Positions 27,248 through 40,208 of a stretch of 64,000 nucleotides of DNA are shown piece by piece (positions within the stretch are counted from its first letter, which is position 1; each line of letters starts with the position of its first letter). Below the pieces are notes generated by a model that worked only from the letters and a program-made list of their open reading frames with translations, did no database searches and had not been told where the DNA came from. Source of the DNA: Lytechinus pictus (lineage: Eukaryota); the NCBI RefSeq assembly GCF_037042905.1, contig NC_087263.1, forward strand, positions 12,340,001 to 12,404,000, given 5' to 3'. Both the position numbers and the translations under genes were made by a program.

Positions 27248-28476
27248 CACAGTGGGCCGGGGCGAAACAAAAGTGCGCCAAAAGTCATTTTGGGCAATTT
27301 CAGATTTTTAATTTTTGTCATGCCCAGCTGAGAGATAACACTTTGAAGAATACTTCAGCAAAATATTTCATTCCGGAATTTGCTTAAAGGTGGTTAATTT
27401 CCTACCTCAAATCGTAAAATGTGACATTTTGCGAAATGTCGCGTATATGACAACCTACTTGAAAAACAGGCCATTTCACAGGAGGTTTTTCATGTAGGAA
27501 TCTGAAATGACTCCCACATAATCCTGATTTATTCTTTTTTCGTGTGAAAGGGTTCAAAGTAGATAAAAGACACCTTTCAGGAGGTTTATAGGATGATTAT
27601 TCCTCGAAATAGGCTGAAAATCCATGTTTTTTGCATTTACATTAAAAACGTTTAGATTTCCGTGGATTTCCGTCTAAATTCTACAAGCATCATTTTCTCC
27701 GATGTCTCGGCTTTAAGTCGATACCAAATTTAGCTGCCCGTTTTTGCCCGTTTTCATGTTAGAGCCGATTTTACTTGACACAACACCCCAAAAACCTGTT
27801 AAAAAACGGTCATTTTTATACCGCGCAGTCATCGTAGCGCACCGTATGGGTGTACATTGCCGTTCGCTTTTGCACGGCGAGGACGATTCCCCTTCCATTC
27901 CATGAAAATGACATGAATTCCGGGCATAATATAAACAAAATAAAGGTTGCTAACGCAAATAAGGGCTATACCCACAGCTCTTCCAGAGATAAAACTTACT
28001 TGTAGAATAATTTCAGCCAAAAACACTCCTTATAGTGATACATTCGTGGTGTTATATATACTCTGCGTTTTACATAAGTCCACACAGCTTGATAAAGCAC
28101 GGTTAATATTTTTCAGATTTTATTTTATTTTTTATAAATCTAATTAATGATAATTTTGATGCCATAAAATTATTTTCGGCATCTCATACACACTTTTTAG
28201 GCATGTGAGAAGCATAAACCACTATTCACTCTGATCAATCTTAAAGTAGCACATAACACAAAGTTTATGTACTACACATTGTTTAGCGTAATTTGTCTTT
28301 TCACAGATAGGTTTTAAGTAGCCAATCAAAATTTGGTATCAAGGTGACGTCATTTTGGCTTTAAATTATGTTCAGTCGATTCTACGGCCCAAATTACCCA
28401 CAAGCAACATGTTAAAGTAAAAATCTAACACGGAATATAATTTTGGCCCACTTTCAACTCATTCTGGCCCACTGTG
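27248..28476. mobile_element. Non-autonomous Transib/RAG-like DNA transposon with RSS-like termini
   Basis: Both ends CACAGTGGGCC; 36-bp imperfect TIR ending AAAGTG(C/G)GCCAAAA; perfect 5-bp TSD CATCG (27243-27247 / 28477-28481); empty-site copies elsewhere carry a single CATCG; no coding capacity seen. Confidence 0.85.
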
Positions 28477-30041
28477 CATCGGTCGGTTTGGCAAAGGTTT
28501 CGTTGGTGTGGCTGTATGCTACAGTACGAAATGAGAACGAACATGATGAGGACTGCCTGCTTGTTCGTCCTTGCACATCGTTGCGCTCAACATTCGTGAA
28601 AAGAAGAGGAAGAGAAAATCGATGATTTCTTTTGAGAAACAGGAGTCAAATATAGCACCGGAAATGAGAGACATGGAAACCCCGTTCTCTCTTTCTTTAT
28701 CTCTATCTCTCTCTCTCTCCCTTTTAATGTAGCACACGCCAGTCAGCTCTGACATGTCTAAAGAAGGCCTAATTCGTCGATTTTTCGAAAAAGCAAGCTG
28801 ATAAAACGGTCTGAAATGTAAGACTATACTTGGATTGAATGGGATTGCGTACTGTGCGATGCCCAATTCCGAAAATGGGAGAACAAGTGAGATCCTATGG
28901 TGCTAGACTTCTGTAAAGACCCAATTGATTATTTCATTTGTCGATTTGGGTCTTTGCGGCCAGACTACACATCAGGCTCAATGTCACACGAAATTGGAGT
29001 GAAAATTGAAAAGGACTGAATATAATTATGTTTTAAAGACCAAGGAATGGCAGACGTGAGATGTTTTTCGTTTTCAAGTTTTCGTGTTCACCGTGAGGCA
29101 CTTGAGACGTGTGCCTTAAGAGAAGAGTGAAGGAACGGAGAGAGAAAGAGAGGAGAGAGTCTGTTCAGATGTTAGAGAGATTATGGGGGAGAGATGCAAA
29201 ATTGGGGGGGGGGGGGGGGTAATGGGGTAAGATTTCTGGGTACAAACCAGTACAGGAGTTTTAGGGAGGGGAGGGTGTAAAAGGAGAAGAGACGAGATTG
29301 GTTAGCAGATAGAAAAATGCGTAGATTTTTCTATTGAGAAAACAAAATTTTAAATGGTTGAATGCATGCATGTGTGTGTGCGTTGGAGCTGGTGCATGGG
29401 GGTGTGTGTGTGTGACGAGAGATAGAGAAAGAGAAAGAGAGATGACGTGTATCCTTATGTTAAAAAAGTTTGAATGATTTAATGCATGCGCGCGAGCGTG
29501 TGTGTGTGTGTGGGAGCTGGTGCGTGCGTGTGTGTGTGTTTGGGGAGAGAGAAAGAGAATGGGAAGGAGTGGGACGGGAAGGGATACGAAGAGGGGGGGG
29601 GGGGTAGAGATTAAAAATAAAACACAAGTTTTATGTAAACATTAGATGATACAGTGAAAATGATATGAATCTTTTACCTTGCATACGAGTTTGCATTTTT
29701 TTAATGAATTCATTACTGTTTGATGCATCCTGTTTAATATCGATAGAAATTGAAATATTTTGTCAAATGGGGAAAGTGCGGGAGTATGAGTGTTGTTTGC
29801 TGCAAAAAATCCTGTATTAGATATGAGAAGACAAAGAGAAGGAAATTAAGATTGAAAATAGTTTTGTGCGTGATGGTCTTTGCTGTCTCATTAATTGACA
29901 AATGGGTTTAATGTTACCCCTCTATTTTCATAGAACGAGTTACATACTCTTCCATCTTCATTACACATATAGAAGGCACCCTTGTGTATTTTTCTTCATA
30001 TTTCTCGAGGCACGACAGTTAGAATTGGGCAGGGCCGATGC

Positions 30042-30350
30042 TTGTCTGCAGGCACAGACCCTGATTGAAACTTTGATCAACAAGTGTGTCTCCACGCAAA
30101 GACTAGCACATACAAAACTTGCTGTTTCAATTCAGCGAGAGGGCCTTCAGTATAGTCTGCTGGGCAAACCCTTCACTCGAAGGCTCTCTCGCTCAGCAGG
30201 TTTTACATGTGCTAGTCTTTGCGCGGAGGCACACTTGTTGATCATAGTTCCAATCAGGGTCTGTGCCTGCAGACTACCTTCAGTACACATGGCATGGGTA
30301 GGCTGCAATTCAGACCCTTTACTCGAGTGAAGGGTTTGCACAGCAGACTA
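30042..30350. mobile_element. AcademH-like MITE, outer copy (interrupted by an inverted copy of its own family)
   Basis: Homologous to 486-669; 9-bp TSD ggccgatgc/gaccgatgc. Confidence 0.8.
30153..30276. mobile_element. AcademH-like MITE, inner inverted and internally deleted copy
   Basis: TAGTCTGC...GCAGACTA termini; perfect 9-bp TSD ccttcagta (30144-30152 / 30277-30285). Confidence 0.85.
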
Positions 30351-30470
30351 GACCGATGCCGTGGTATGTCATTGGGGACTTACCATGCTTACGAGCCAGG
30401 GCTCTGCTTTTGTTTCTTTTCTTTTCGCATCTCCATTTCTTCCTCTTTTTCTGCTTTCCTCTTTACTACT

Positions 30471-30556
30471 TGAAAAATTACGCCATGGCTGAGTTTCGAA
30501 CCCACAGCTCTATGTTGCAAAGTCCAGAGACCAATCCACCTGTCCACAACGCTCCA
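30471..30556 (-). mobile_element. SINE family A, tRNA-head fragment
   Basis: Aligns by eye to ~4675-4761 (aattacgccatggctg...ttcgaaccc...cacaacgctcca). Confidence 0.75.
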
Positions 30557-30590
30557 CGTGTACGTGTATGTGGGACCATGGTGTGACAGA

Positions 30591-30934
30591 GGTCCGTATT
30601 CTGAAGTCAGGTTTAACTTAGACCACGGTCTAACTCTGTGCTAAAAATATTGGGAGCCAATAATTCAAAAAATTTGTTTATATTGTATATTCTTATGTTT
30701 ACTATTTTGTTTCCTGTTGCATTCATAATGAAGAAAACTACTTCAGAATACTTCAATAGACAATTATGCACAATGTGTGTGTCAAATGATTTAATAAATA
30801 GGATGTGTACTATTAGGGATTTGTACCCCCAATCATTGGCGGCGGAAGCCAAACATTTTAGCGGGGGACCACAATTTTTTTTTGACAAGCAAAAAAAAAA
30901 AAAAAAGTTATCAACAAAAAATTTTAGGGGGGAC

Positions 30935-30968
<34 letters not shown>

Positions 30969-31125
30969 AGGTTATCAACTAAAAATTTAGGGGGGGGGGA
31001 CACGTCCCACGTCCCCCCGTCCCCCCCGCTTCCGCCGCCTATGATATGCCCCCAATTGGCTCTCCATAGATAAACCACAATTTTAAACCAGAGTTTAATT
31101 TAAACCCGACTGCAGAATACGGGCC
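30591..31125. mobile_element. PIF/Harbinger-like MITE (host of a nested hAT-like MITE)
   Basis: TIR ggtccgtattctgaagtcaggtttaa / ttaaacccgactgcagaatacgggcc; 3-bp TSD AGA; relative at 44526-45099. Confidence 0.85.
30834..31043. mobile_element. hAT-like MITE
   Basis: TIR CATTGGCGGCGGAAGC / GCTTCCGCCGCCTATG; 8-bp cccccaat on the left and again on the right after a 5-bp filler (atatg). Confidence 0.8.
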
Positions 31126-32001
31126 AGAGACTTAAAATAAGAGATGGATTTGTCTCTTACAGATATAGGATACGTCTCCATGGTTTGCAGCTAATTTGAC
31201 AATCATCAGACTTGTGGGGGCGTTTTATGGGTTGAATCATGGAGATGTTTTTCAGCTGTGGTGACAGTTGATTCAACCACTCCCGACATTGATAGAGAAG
31301 CCTGTGGATGTGGCAAAGATTAAAGCCACAATCAAGTAGTCACGTTGAGCAATGATTTCTTAAAACAAAACACAACGTTGTTTACCATATTAATCTTACA
31401 GTGGTTGTTTAAACGGTTTAAACAGGTGTTTAGAATGTTAAACAACAAACTTGATAGAAATGTCTGTGGACATGGTGGATTTGGCCCAGATAAAAGCCAC
31501 ACTTAAGAAAATACACGTTGAGCAGTGATTTCTTAACGCCGTTTGCTATATGAATCTTAAACAACAGAGTTGACTTTTTATATTAGATTCTGAATAAATT
31601 AAACATGGTTGTTTAAATTGTTAAACAACTTGTAGGGTTCATAAAATCGTTGCATAAAATCTTAAACAGTGTGTTTACTGGGTGTGAATCGACTTGGTAT
31701 CAAAGATCTCGTGTTATTAAGTTCTAAAGAGGGGACCAGTTTGACAGTTGGGGCTGAGCATGCATAAATCACAATTTGAGCATGGCCCTTTTCACATATT
31801 TGCACTTGGTTACTGATAAAAAAATGTTAGGCTAAAGCCACCACCAGCCCCCTCCCGTTCCGTTTCCCCTGTTATTCGCATCTTTTTAAAGAGAGGAATA
31901 GCGTTTGGAGATCGTCTCATGATATCTGTTGTCTGACAAAGTTTGTCAGACCAGACAACTTTCCCCGATTTTGATTGACTGACGAGTAAAGGAGGTTGTA
32001 A

Positions 32002-32015
32002 GTTACTATGGTAAC
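32002..32015. promoter_or_regulatory. RFX X-box-like palindrome GTTACTATGGTAAC
   Basis: Matches the X-box consensus; lies in a unique, relatively GC-rich block with TGATTGAC motifs nearby. Confidence 0.4.
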
Positions 32016-33748
32016 CGTCGGATAAAACAGACTTCGCCGGATATGTCTTGCCTTTTCTTCATGTTGGAATACTCGGAGGTCCACGGTCCCAAGAAATGCT
32101 GAAAAACGGAATAAATTGGACAGTGCTAACACAATTATGCACACGTGGGCACATGTGTTACTTATGGAAAGGCGCTTCCTCACTGATTGACCTGCTTATT
32201 TTGATAAAAGTAAGCAGACAATCATTTTAAAACCAGTTGGGTAATCACTATCACAGTAAAAATGTTGTTTAGAATTATATACACCGCTGTTAGATATATG
32301 AACCTTATTTGGTTAATAATTTAAACAATCATGTTTAATTTATTGAATATTAAATCTAAAAAAAAAAAAAATCTTAAACTGTTAAACCATTTTCGTAAGG
32401 TTCGTGTAGTAAACAGCGTTTTAATGTGTATATATTATATTCTCGTACACAGTGTTTTGGTACAATGCTGTAATAATACAGTCGTTGTTTAATACAAAAA
32501 AAATGAATTAAACAAGTATTTACAATGTTAAAAAATAAAATTTAACTTTAATATTCAATTTTCAGAATTAAACATGGTTGTTTAAACTGTTACACATCTT
32601 TTGTAAAGTTCATATACATGTAGCAACAGCGATATGTATATAGGTTGTACAGCGTTGTATCATTTTTTTAAACAACGTATAGTTTCTACTTTGTGATCAT
32701 TCCCCAACTGGAACTCATCTTTGGAGGAGAAGAATGCTGTATGTTTGACTTTTACTACTCCTTGATTTAAGAGATAATAGCTCAATGATGATTGGGGAGT
32801 CTTTACTCAGTAACTGTGTTGCAGCTTTTCCACGAATATCATTTATCATTTCCGAAGGGTAATATCAGTATTGTTTTACCCTTCGTCATGAACATAATCC
32901 TTTTAGATGAATGGTGATGTCAGTTTATATTATAATGATGACGTAACCCTCCGACCTTTGACATGTTTAAATTTGTTGTCATACGAATCTGATAGAAAGT
33001 CATTTTAATGATTTTGAAGGGAAGTCCGCCCCAACAACAATTAATATGAATTGGATAGAAAAAGGGGAATCAGACGTGGTAAAAGCTGAAGATTTTATCA
33101 ATATTCATATTCTCAAATTGGCAACGTAATTAAGTTTCCTAATCCTAAAGACATTTGCTCTCAGTCCCTATTTATTTACAATGCATGAACTTTGAGGGAA
33201 TGCATAGCGAAGAAAGAAGAATACTCATATTACACATTTGAAGAAAGAAAAATTGAAGGATCTTTTTGAAATTCTAAAATTGGCAACATGATGGATTCTA
33301 TATTTTGTTTATTGCCAAACACTATTAGCTTTTTCTTTCAGTATTAGCTTCGCCACGTGTCACGTGCCTATGATTTTCTCGGACAGATGTTACAAGCTAC
33401 TACAAATCCTTGCATTTGATTGGCCAAGAGCACATTAGTCATTGAAAATCACTCACAAAACTGTTCATGAAATGCTCCCCAGGATGAGTCATTATGCTAG
33501 AATTTGAGGTAAAGGATGATGGCTGAGAAATTTGTAAATCATTTCTATACATTGTCAGCCCCCCCTTAGATTAGGAATTTAAGTATTCTTATTTCGTTGC
33601 TTTAAATGTCATTAAACGTTTATGCATTGGACAGAGATACATATTGATAGGAAATGTGTTTAGCATCAGGAGAATACATCGGTTTTAACACCCTAGGTTG
33701 GCAAGTATTACACATAATACCGATCGCTGTCTGCAGCCTTACCGCAAC

Positions 33749-33934
33749 TAGTCTACAGGTGCAGACCCTAATTAAAACTGATCAATAATTGGGTTTTCAC
33801 ATAAGACTAGCACAAATATAATTTGTTTCTCCAACGAGAATGACCATCTGTACACACACAAGTCACTGTGGAATTTATAGGCTTCATATTCAGTCTATTT
33901 TCCTCGAGTGAAGAGGAGTTTACCAAGCAACCTA
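33749..33934. mobile_element. Degraded AcademH-like MITE copy
   Basis: tagtctacaggtgcagaccctaatt...aagactagcaca...ctcgagtgaag...ccta is homologous to 486-669; TSD not preserved. Confidence 0.7.
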
Positions 33935-35759
33935 CCCCACAGCACGATGTTCCCTTTAACGATCCCTCTTGTCCGAGCCGTGTGACAAGTAGGTACGTAC
34001 TCTAATAAGAGGACCATCGTTCTTGTTGAAACTGGAATACGTAATTTCCCCTGACAGATGTGGCAGTATCAACAGATGTCTCTCATGTTTGTTTCAGAGC
34101 GAAAACCCTTCGTCGAAAAAAAAAGCAGACAGTGTAACGTTCCCGCATTGAAAGTTCAATAGACAGTGTACATTTCTATCTAAAATTTGTAGTGTGTCCA
34201 AGCAACACTTTTTAGATTTTACACTGAGGCGTCATTTCTTTCCCCTGACAAGGTAAACTTTTGCAAAGTATAAAGTTAAGATTTTGTTCAACGCCTATTC
34301 GTGTTATGACAAAACCCAAAATGTGCAATAAGCCACCAGGGCAGTAGTTTGTAAATGGCCAAATTTGTTATTTGGTCTTCCAAAAAAAAGCCTAGAAGAT
34401 TGAAAAAAAGAGCTCATTTGAAAGAGTAATTCTTCTTTTTGATAGTAAAAAAAAAGGAAGTTCTAAAGTTGTATAATAGACAAGAGTTTCTTTGACATCA
34501 GTTTTTGCGGACTGCTTGGAAATTTCACCGAGATTGCGCAGTGTGCACATATCATGCTTGAGTGAACCCCGAATTCGAAATCTTATTTTCTCCTGATTAA
34601 TTATTATTTTTTTTTAGCTGTTAATTTTTTCTGCAGTCAATCAATTACGTGAATGTGTTATTGTTGATCAATTTTAAAAAGTCGTTTATCATTTCAAAGC
34701 TAATGTGCTTTTCAAGTTCAATAAAAATCTCCAAATTATATTTTGGCGACTTATGATTGGTTTTGGGGTCCAAGTATTACTTTTAGATTTTACACTTATG
34801 CGTTATAAATGTTCATTCCTTTTCCCTAAATAAGTAAAGTTGTAGAAAATATTAAGTTAAAGTTTGTTTACCGCCTAGTATTATGCTAGGATATTATGTC
34901 TATTATTTTAGGAGTATTCGGCGTTATCAGTATTTTTTTAAGCACAGGAGTTTGTGATCATTAAACTGTATTTTTACAGTGTAATATCAAACCTTCCGTT
35001 GTGTAAATTTTGTTCTATGCTGTCTAGACTTTATAAGTAACATTTTACCCATCCAACATTCTGTAAGAATTTTTTACTCGACCTCTTTCAGAGGGTGTCT
35101 TTGCGAACAGTAGTTCCTTCAGGTGAAAATTTCCCAATTCGGATTCCGAGAAAACCCATTGAAGACGCCATGTAAGACTTAACCTTAAATCCTCTCCGAC
35201 TCCAAAGCCATTCACTCAGCCGTAGGTCAAATTAGATGACAAACGTTAGAGAACTGCGCATTCCCCTGACGAAAATTTATTCAATCGTAGAAAACAGGAG
35301 ACGAGGCCCTCCACAAATCTGGTCATTAGGACACGCAGGGGTGCACTGTCGAGCACTATAGGGGGCCAATTTTCCCGCGCATAAGCAGGAGCTATTGGCC
35401 TGGGGCGTATTGTCTGCCCGCTGCTAGAAGTTGACTACAAGCGAAAGAGGGAAAACGGAGTTAAAAGAATGTTCATTAAGTAGATTTAGTCGTATAATTG
35501 GTTGTGGGATTGGGTTGCGGAGTTGCAGGAAGTTGCCATGCACGGTGTTAAGACAGTTGTGTTTTGTATTCGCAGTTATTACATAATGATGGTATCTGTC
35601 CTGTGCTTTACACTCTGCAAAAAACGGCGGTGTAAATAGTACATAATTAGTGTTACAGAGGTCAACACCAAGAATTGACACCATATAAATAAATTAATGG
35701 TGTTATTACAACACATATATATTCATATAACACTATTTCGTGTTATGTTAAAACCCTAT

Positions 35760-36210
35760 GTTAATATCTTCAGAAGACAGCGATTTCAACTGGAGTCAGT
35801 TACATTATCTTGTAGAGAAAAAGCAACAGCCAAATGCAACTTGATTTTGAACTAAACGGGGTGTATTATAGAGGATCCGTGATTTCTGTTTTATTTAAAC
35901 ACAACGATTTTGCAACAGGCCCTTATAGTATGTTGATATCTTCAGAAGACAGCTATTTTAACTGGTGTTAGTTTTATTGGTTTTAAAGGAAGAATTATAA
36001 GCAAAGGCGGCTTGACTTTAAATCGGAACATTAGAAGGACCTTTTCCTTGATGCTTTTTCTTACATATAAACGCGATGTTCTTTGTAACAGACCCTTGTA
36101 GCACGTCTATATCTTCAGAAGACAGTGATTTGAACATTTTGTCAATGTCACTCTCATGTAAAAGTTAGTTACAATTAAACGCAACTTCATTTTCAAACAG
36201 TCAAGGTACT
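35760..36210. repeat. Diverged ~172-bp tandem repeat (resumes at ~37295-37378 after nested insertions)
   Basis: tatcttcagaagacag at ~35765, 35937 and 36108, and atcttccaaagacagc at ~37361. Confidence 0.75.
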
Positions 36211-36469
36211 TACTAAGAAATAGGGGCTCAAATTTGAACCCTCGGGGTGGTAAAATAGCCGCACCCCAAAGGGTGGCAATGAGTCACTGCAATTATACTT
36301 ATTTGCGCATCTTTTAAGGTGCAGTTAGCTATATCAAGCACCATATAGGGTGCAGAAATGAACCATGTAATAAAGGTTCAAATTTGAACCTTTCTGATGT
36401 CAAGTATTGTGCTTAAAAAGTGAAATGTTGCACCTTGTAGGGTGCAAACGAGCATTTCTTGGTGCAAAT

Positions 36470-36756
36470 CACTGGCGGATCCGGTGGGGGGGGGGGGGGG
36501 CAGCCGACCCGTGCCCCCCTTTCAGAGGCTTAATTAAAATTTGCAATGTAAAAATGCCGTTAAAGCAGAAGTGTTACTCCACCCCCCCCCCCTTTCTAAA
36601 GCGAAGACTTTTTTTCTTTTTTTTTGCTTTAAAATTTTTCGATGACGATATACCCTTAATTTTTGGTTAAAACCTTTTTTTTTTGCTTGCTTGCTTATCA
36701 AATTTTTCCTCGGGAAAATGTGCCCCCTCTTTCGAAAAATCATGGATCCGCCCCTG
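36470..36756. mobile_element. hAT-like MITE
   Basis: TIR CACTGGCGGATCC / GGATCCGCCCCTG; perfect 8-bp TSD gtgcaaat. Confidence 0.9.
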
Positions 36757-36854
36757 GTGCAAATGATAATCACAAAAGGTGCAAAATGCACCTTCTTTCC
36801 ACTAAGGGTGTAAGATTACACCCCAACAAAAGGTTTGTATAAGTGTATCATTAA

Positions 36855-37269
36855 AGGCGACCGCACACCTTACGATTGGTCTGCTACCCGATTTTAGAAT
36901 AAAATGTAGTAGAATTTGATGCTAATATTGAGACTTGGAATATCTTACCGTGTAATGTTCTAAATCATTTTACGAATACCTATGTTCAAATCTGTGACTA
37001 TGCTATCATCCTTCTTAGAATAAAAGTGAATTTAATATCTAGTCGTAATGACGTCATGGCAGTCGTACGATTGGTTTCGATTTGAAAAGAATTTGGCCTT
37101 TACTCCGAAATAAAGGCTTGCAATCTTTCAAAATGGTTATATTAGTATTCTTTCAATTAATTTTAACCTTAAATAAAGTGATATGTTCCATTCACATTTT
37201 CAGAAAATTAGTAAAATGCAATTTGTTCCAAAATCGGATCGCGAACAGTCGTAATGTGTGCGGTGGCCT
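36855..37269. mobile_element. PIF/Harbinger-like MITE, 415 bp, copy 1
   Basis: TIR aggcgaccgcacaccttacgat / gtcgtaatgtgtgcggtggcct; highly similar to 62822-63236. Confidence 0.9.
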
Positions 37270-38542
37270 TTTGAGTTTAAAACCTTTCTAGTGTGGATGT
37301 GCGCTAGATTCTTTAGTTTCATTTAACACTTTTTGCAAGGATTGCTTATAATATGTTCATATCTTCCAAAGACAGCGGTATGAATGGGGGAAAAGGGGGA
37401 CAAGTGCACCCTCATTCAAATAAATAAAGAGTTGAAAACTTCGTCAAGTCAATCACGACTATTTATTATTATGCCAGATAGTTCACTATTTTCCCGGCCT
37501 AATAGTTATAAGCAACAATTTTCCAAAGGGAGGGGGGGGGGGGGGGAATCCCCCACTATTTCACTCTCTCCAAGGACGTCAATCAATTAGGGCCTATAGG
37601 TGTTGGGACTGTGTCCCCCCACCCCCTCTGTGGTCGGGGGGTATGATGGGGGAAAGAACAGTGAATGCTGGGTACGTCCCTGGGTTGTTTACGCAGGAGG
37701 TATGGCAACGACGCATTTCATGAAGTAGTACCGAATCATCACGCAAAATCATTCTAAAACCTTACAAATTGCCATCTGAGCACATCAGAGTGTCCTAAAG
37801 CTAGCATAGCTTGGAGGATCTTCAGCATGTTTCCAGGAATATCATGTGATAGCGATATTTCTCAAATTACCCAGTAGGATTCATTGGCTGAAATATACTC
37901 GTCGAGTCCGCGGGGACCGAGCAGTAATGGATGACATCGAAGAAGGCGGATTGCGGGAAAGGTTTTTAGAGTGCAATTTATCCCTCACATGAATATGTGT
38001 ATGTGGGACTGTAGCGAGATTCAGTATTTCACTTGGCCTAGCGGACTGGACCCGTGTTCCAACATTCATGTGTATTGCGATGGAAATGTGAACTACCCTA
38101 TGTAAATCTTATGCATATATTTAAAAATAAACATACTTCTAAACCTGAAAGACGAGCTAAAGCTTTCCTGGCATAGCAACAACAGGTATGTGTAAACAGG
38201 GAATGTGTCAGGAAGTGTCTTGTGATTGATGTTCACTGACTAATTGGCTCTCTGCCAATCAGATTCAAGGATTTTTAAAAGCTTATAAAAGTACCAAGTG
38301 AAAACCACCGACAAAGCTCTACTAGATGTGGCACAGTAACAGGCATTACATAACCCGATAACCCGGGTATTAAAAGTTGTTTAAGATATTAACAAATTTA
38401 AACATTTCTCAACATTTTTTTCGAACATTGCTTTTTGATATCAAAACAATTATTTGAACTTTTAAAACATTAAGGATCAGTTTATGTATAAGCCACGTTG
38501 TTTAATATTTATACAGGTTGTTTAATGTTATCTTCATGTCAA

Positions 38543-39102
38543 AGTTACACACCGGCGAAACCGTCTCGAGACCGATCAAAGCTATTACATTATTTCCAAT
38601 GACAGTCTATCAGTCGGTTTGGAGTCGGTTATGTTGATGTGGCCGAGCATTGTGCTGCAGTCACATACGGAAACCGACTCCAGAACGATCAAAGATATTA
38701 CATTATTACCAATGACATACCATCGGTCGGTTTGGAGTCGGTTATGTTGATGTGACCGAGCATTGTGCTGCAGTCACATACGGAAACCGAATCCAGAACG
38801 ATCAAAGATATTACATTATTACCAATGACATACCATCGGTCGGTTTGGAGTTAGTTTCGTTGGTGTGACCGGCATCGTGCTGCAGTCACACTATGGAAAC
38901 CGACTCGAGACCGATCAATTCTATAACGCTACTACCAATGACATGACATCGGTCGGTTTGGAGTCGGTTATGTTGGTGTGACCGGGCATTGTGCTGCAGT
39001 CACACTACGGAAACCGACTCCAGTCGGTTCGAAGCTATTACGTTAGTTTGCATGGCATAGTCATCTGTCAGTTTGGACCCGGTTTTTATTCTGTAACTGG
39101 GC
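38543..39102. repeat. Tandem array of ~5 self-complementary ~113-bp units
   Basis: cagtcaca at 38658, 38771, 38883 and 38997; each unit is cagtcaca...aaaccgactccaga.cgatc, a ~30-nt loop, then atcggtcggtttggagtcggtt...tgtgaccg. Confidence 0.92.
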
Positions 39103-39822
39103 TGTTTGAGCATGACCTTAGGTTGCATGCATGGAACAGTCAGCCAGTGATGTAATGTGACCATTCGTATACGGAATGAAGTGGTGCATTGAAATTCAAA
39201 TCAGCTTTTCCAGCTCCAGATTGATGTTTGAAAGATGTGATCAAATCCTTTGCCGCGTTAGAAACGTAAGTCGATCTTAAGGAGCCTGGAGAATTGAATA
39301 TAGTATGTCATTGAACATGCCTCTTTAGTGAAGATGAGGAGACATTCACGAGGCTTTAAAAGTCGGATTGCAAGGAGTGTTGCCATCGCAAGTTCATTCA
39401 AATCCTGTTTCCAAATGCACGTATAATCCATTCTAACCATACGTAGCAAGCGGGGCGGGGTGGTCATCGGGGAGAAGGAGGGGGGGGGGGGGAGGAGGTA
39501 CATGCCCCCTTGAATGTGGCATTTTGCATTATATGTAACTTCCTGATCACATATTTGTATTCCGGAAGTTATTTTCGCGCCATTCTACTTCACTTGGCTC
39601 CTCATTTCTTGTTCAAGCGATTGGGTTTGCCGGCGTGAATCATGAATTTCATTCTCGATTAATCTTACAAGCTGTCGACTGAGGATTAATTTGCATCTTT
39701 GAAAAGAGGGGTTTCTTTATAAAAGAGACGCACTTTTTACTACTTCTTTTCCTAAGACCACTTACTAAAACCATCATCACTTGGTACCACCACAACCACT
39801 GTCTCCACTACCACCGCCAAAA

Positions 39823-39846
39823 CTACTACTACTACTACTACTACTT

Positions 39847-39906
<60 letters not shown>

Positions 39907-39907
39907 T

Positions 39908-39975
<68 letters not shown>

Positions 39976-40080
39976 TTACTACTACTACTATTACTACTAC
40001 TACTACTGCTACTACTACTACTACTACTATTACTACTACTACTATTACTACTACTACTACTGCTACTACTACTACTACTA

Positions 40081-40130
<50 letters not shown>

Positions 40131-40141
40131 TTACGATTACG

Positions 40142-40172
<31 letters not shown>

Positions 40173-40173
40173 T

Positions 40174-40208
<35 letters not shown>

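Larger units (their letters stand above)
36211..37293. mobile_element. Old CACT-type MITE (ggtgca/tgcacc-rich) hosting two younger insertions
   Basis: Starts tactaagaaataggggctcaaa, ends tttgagtttaaaacctttctagtg; repeated ggtgca/gaacc motifs; boundaries approximate. Confidence 0.5.

Noticed and set aside
38543..39102. CRISPR-like array
   Set aside because: Intervening segments are near-identical rather than unique spacers; eukaryotic context; no cas genes
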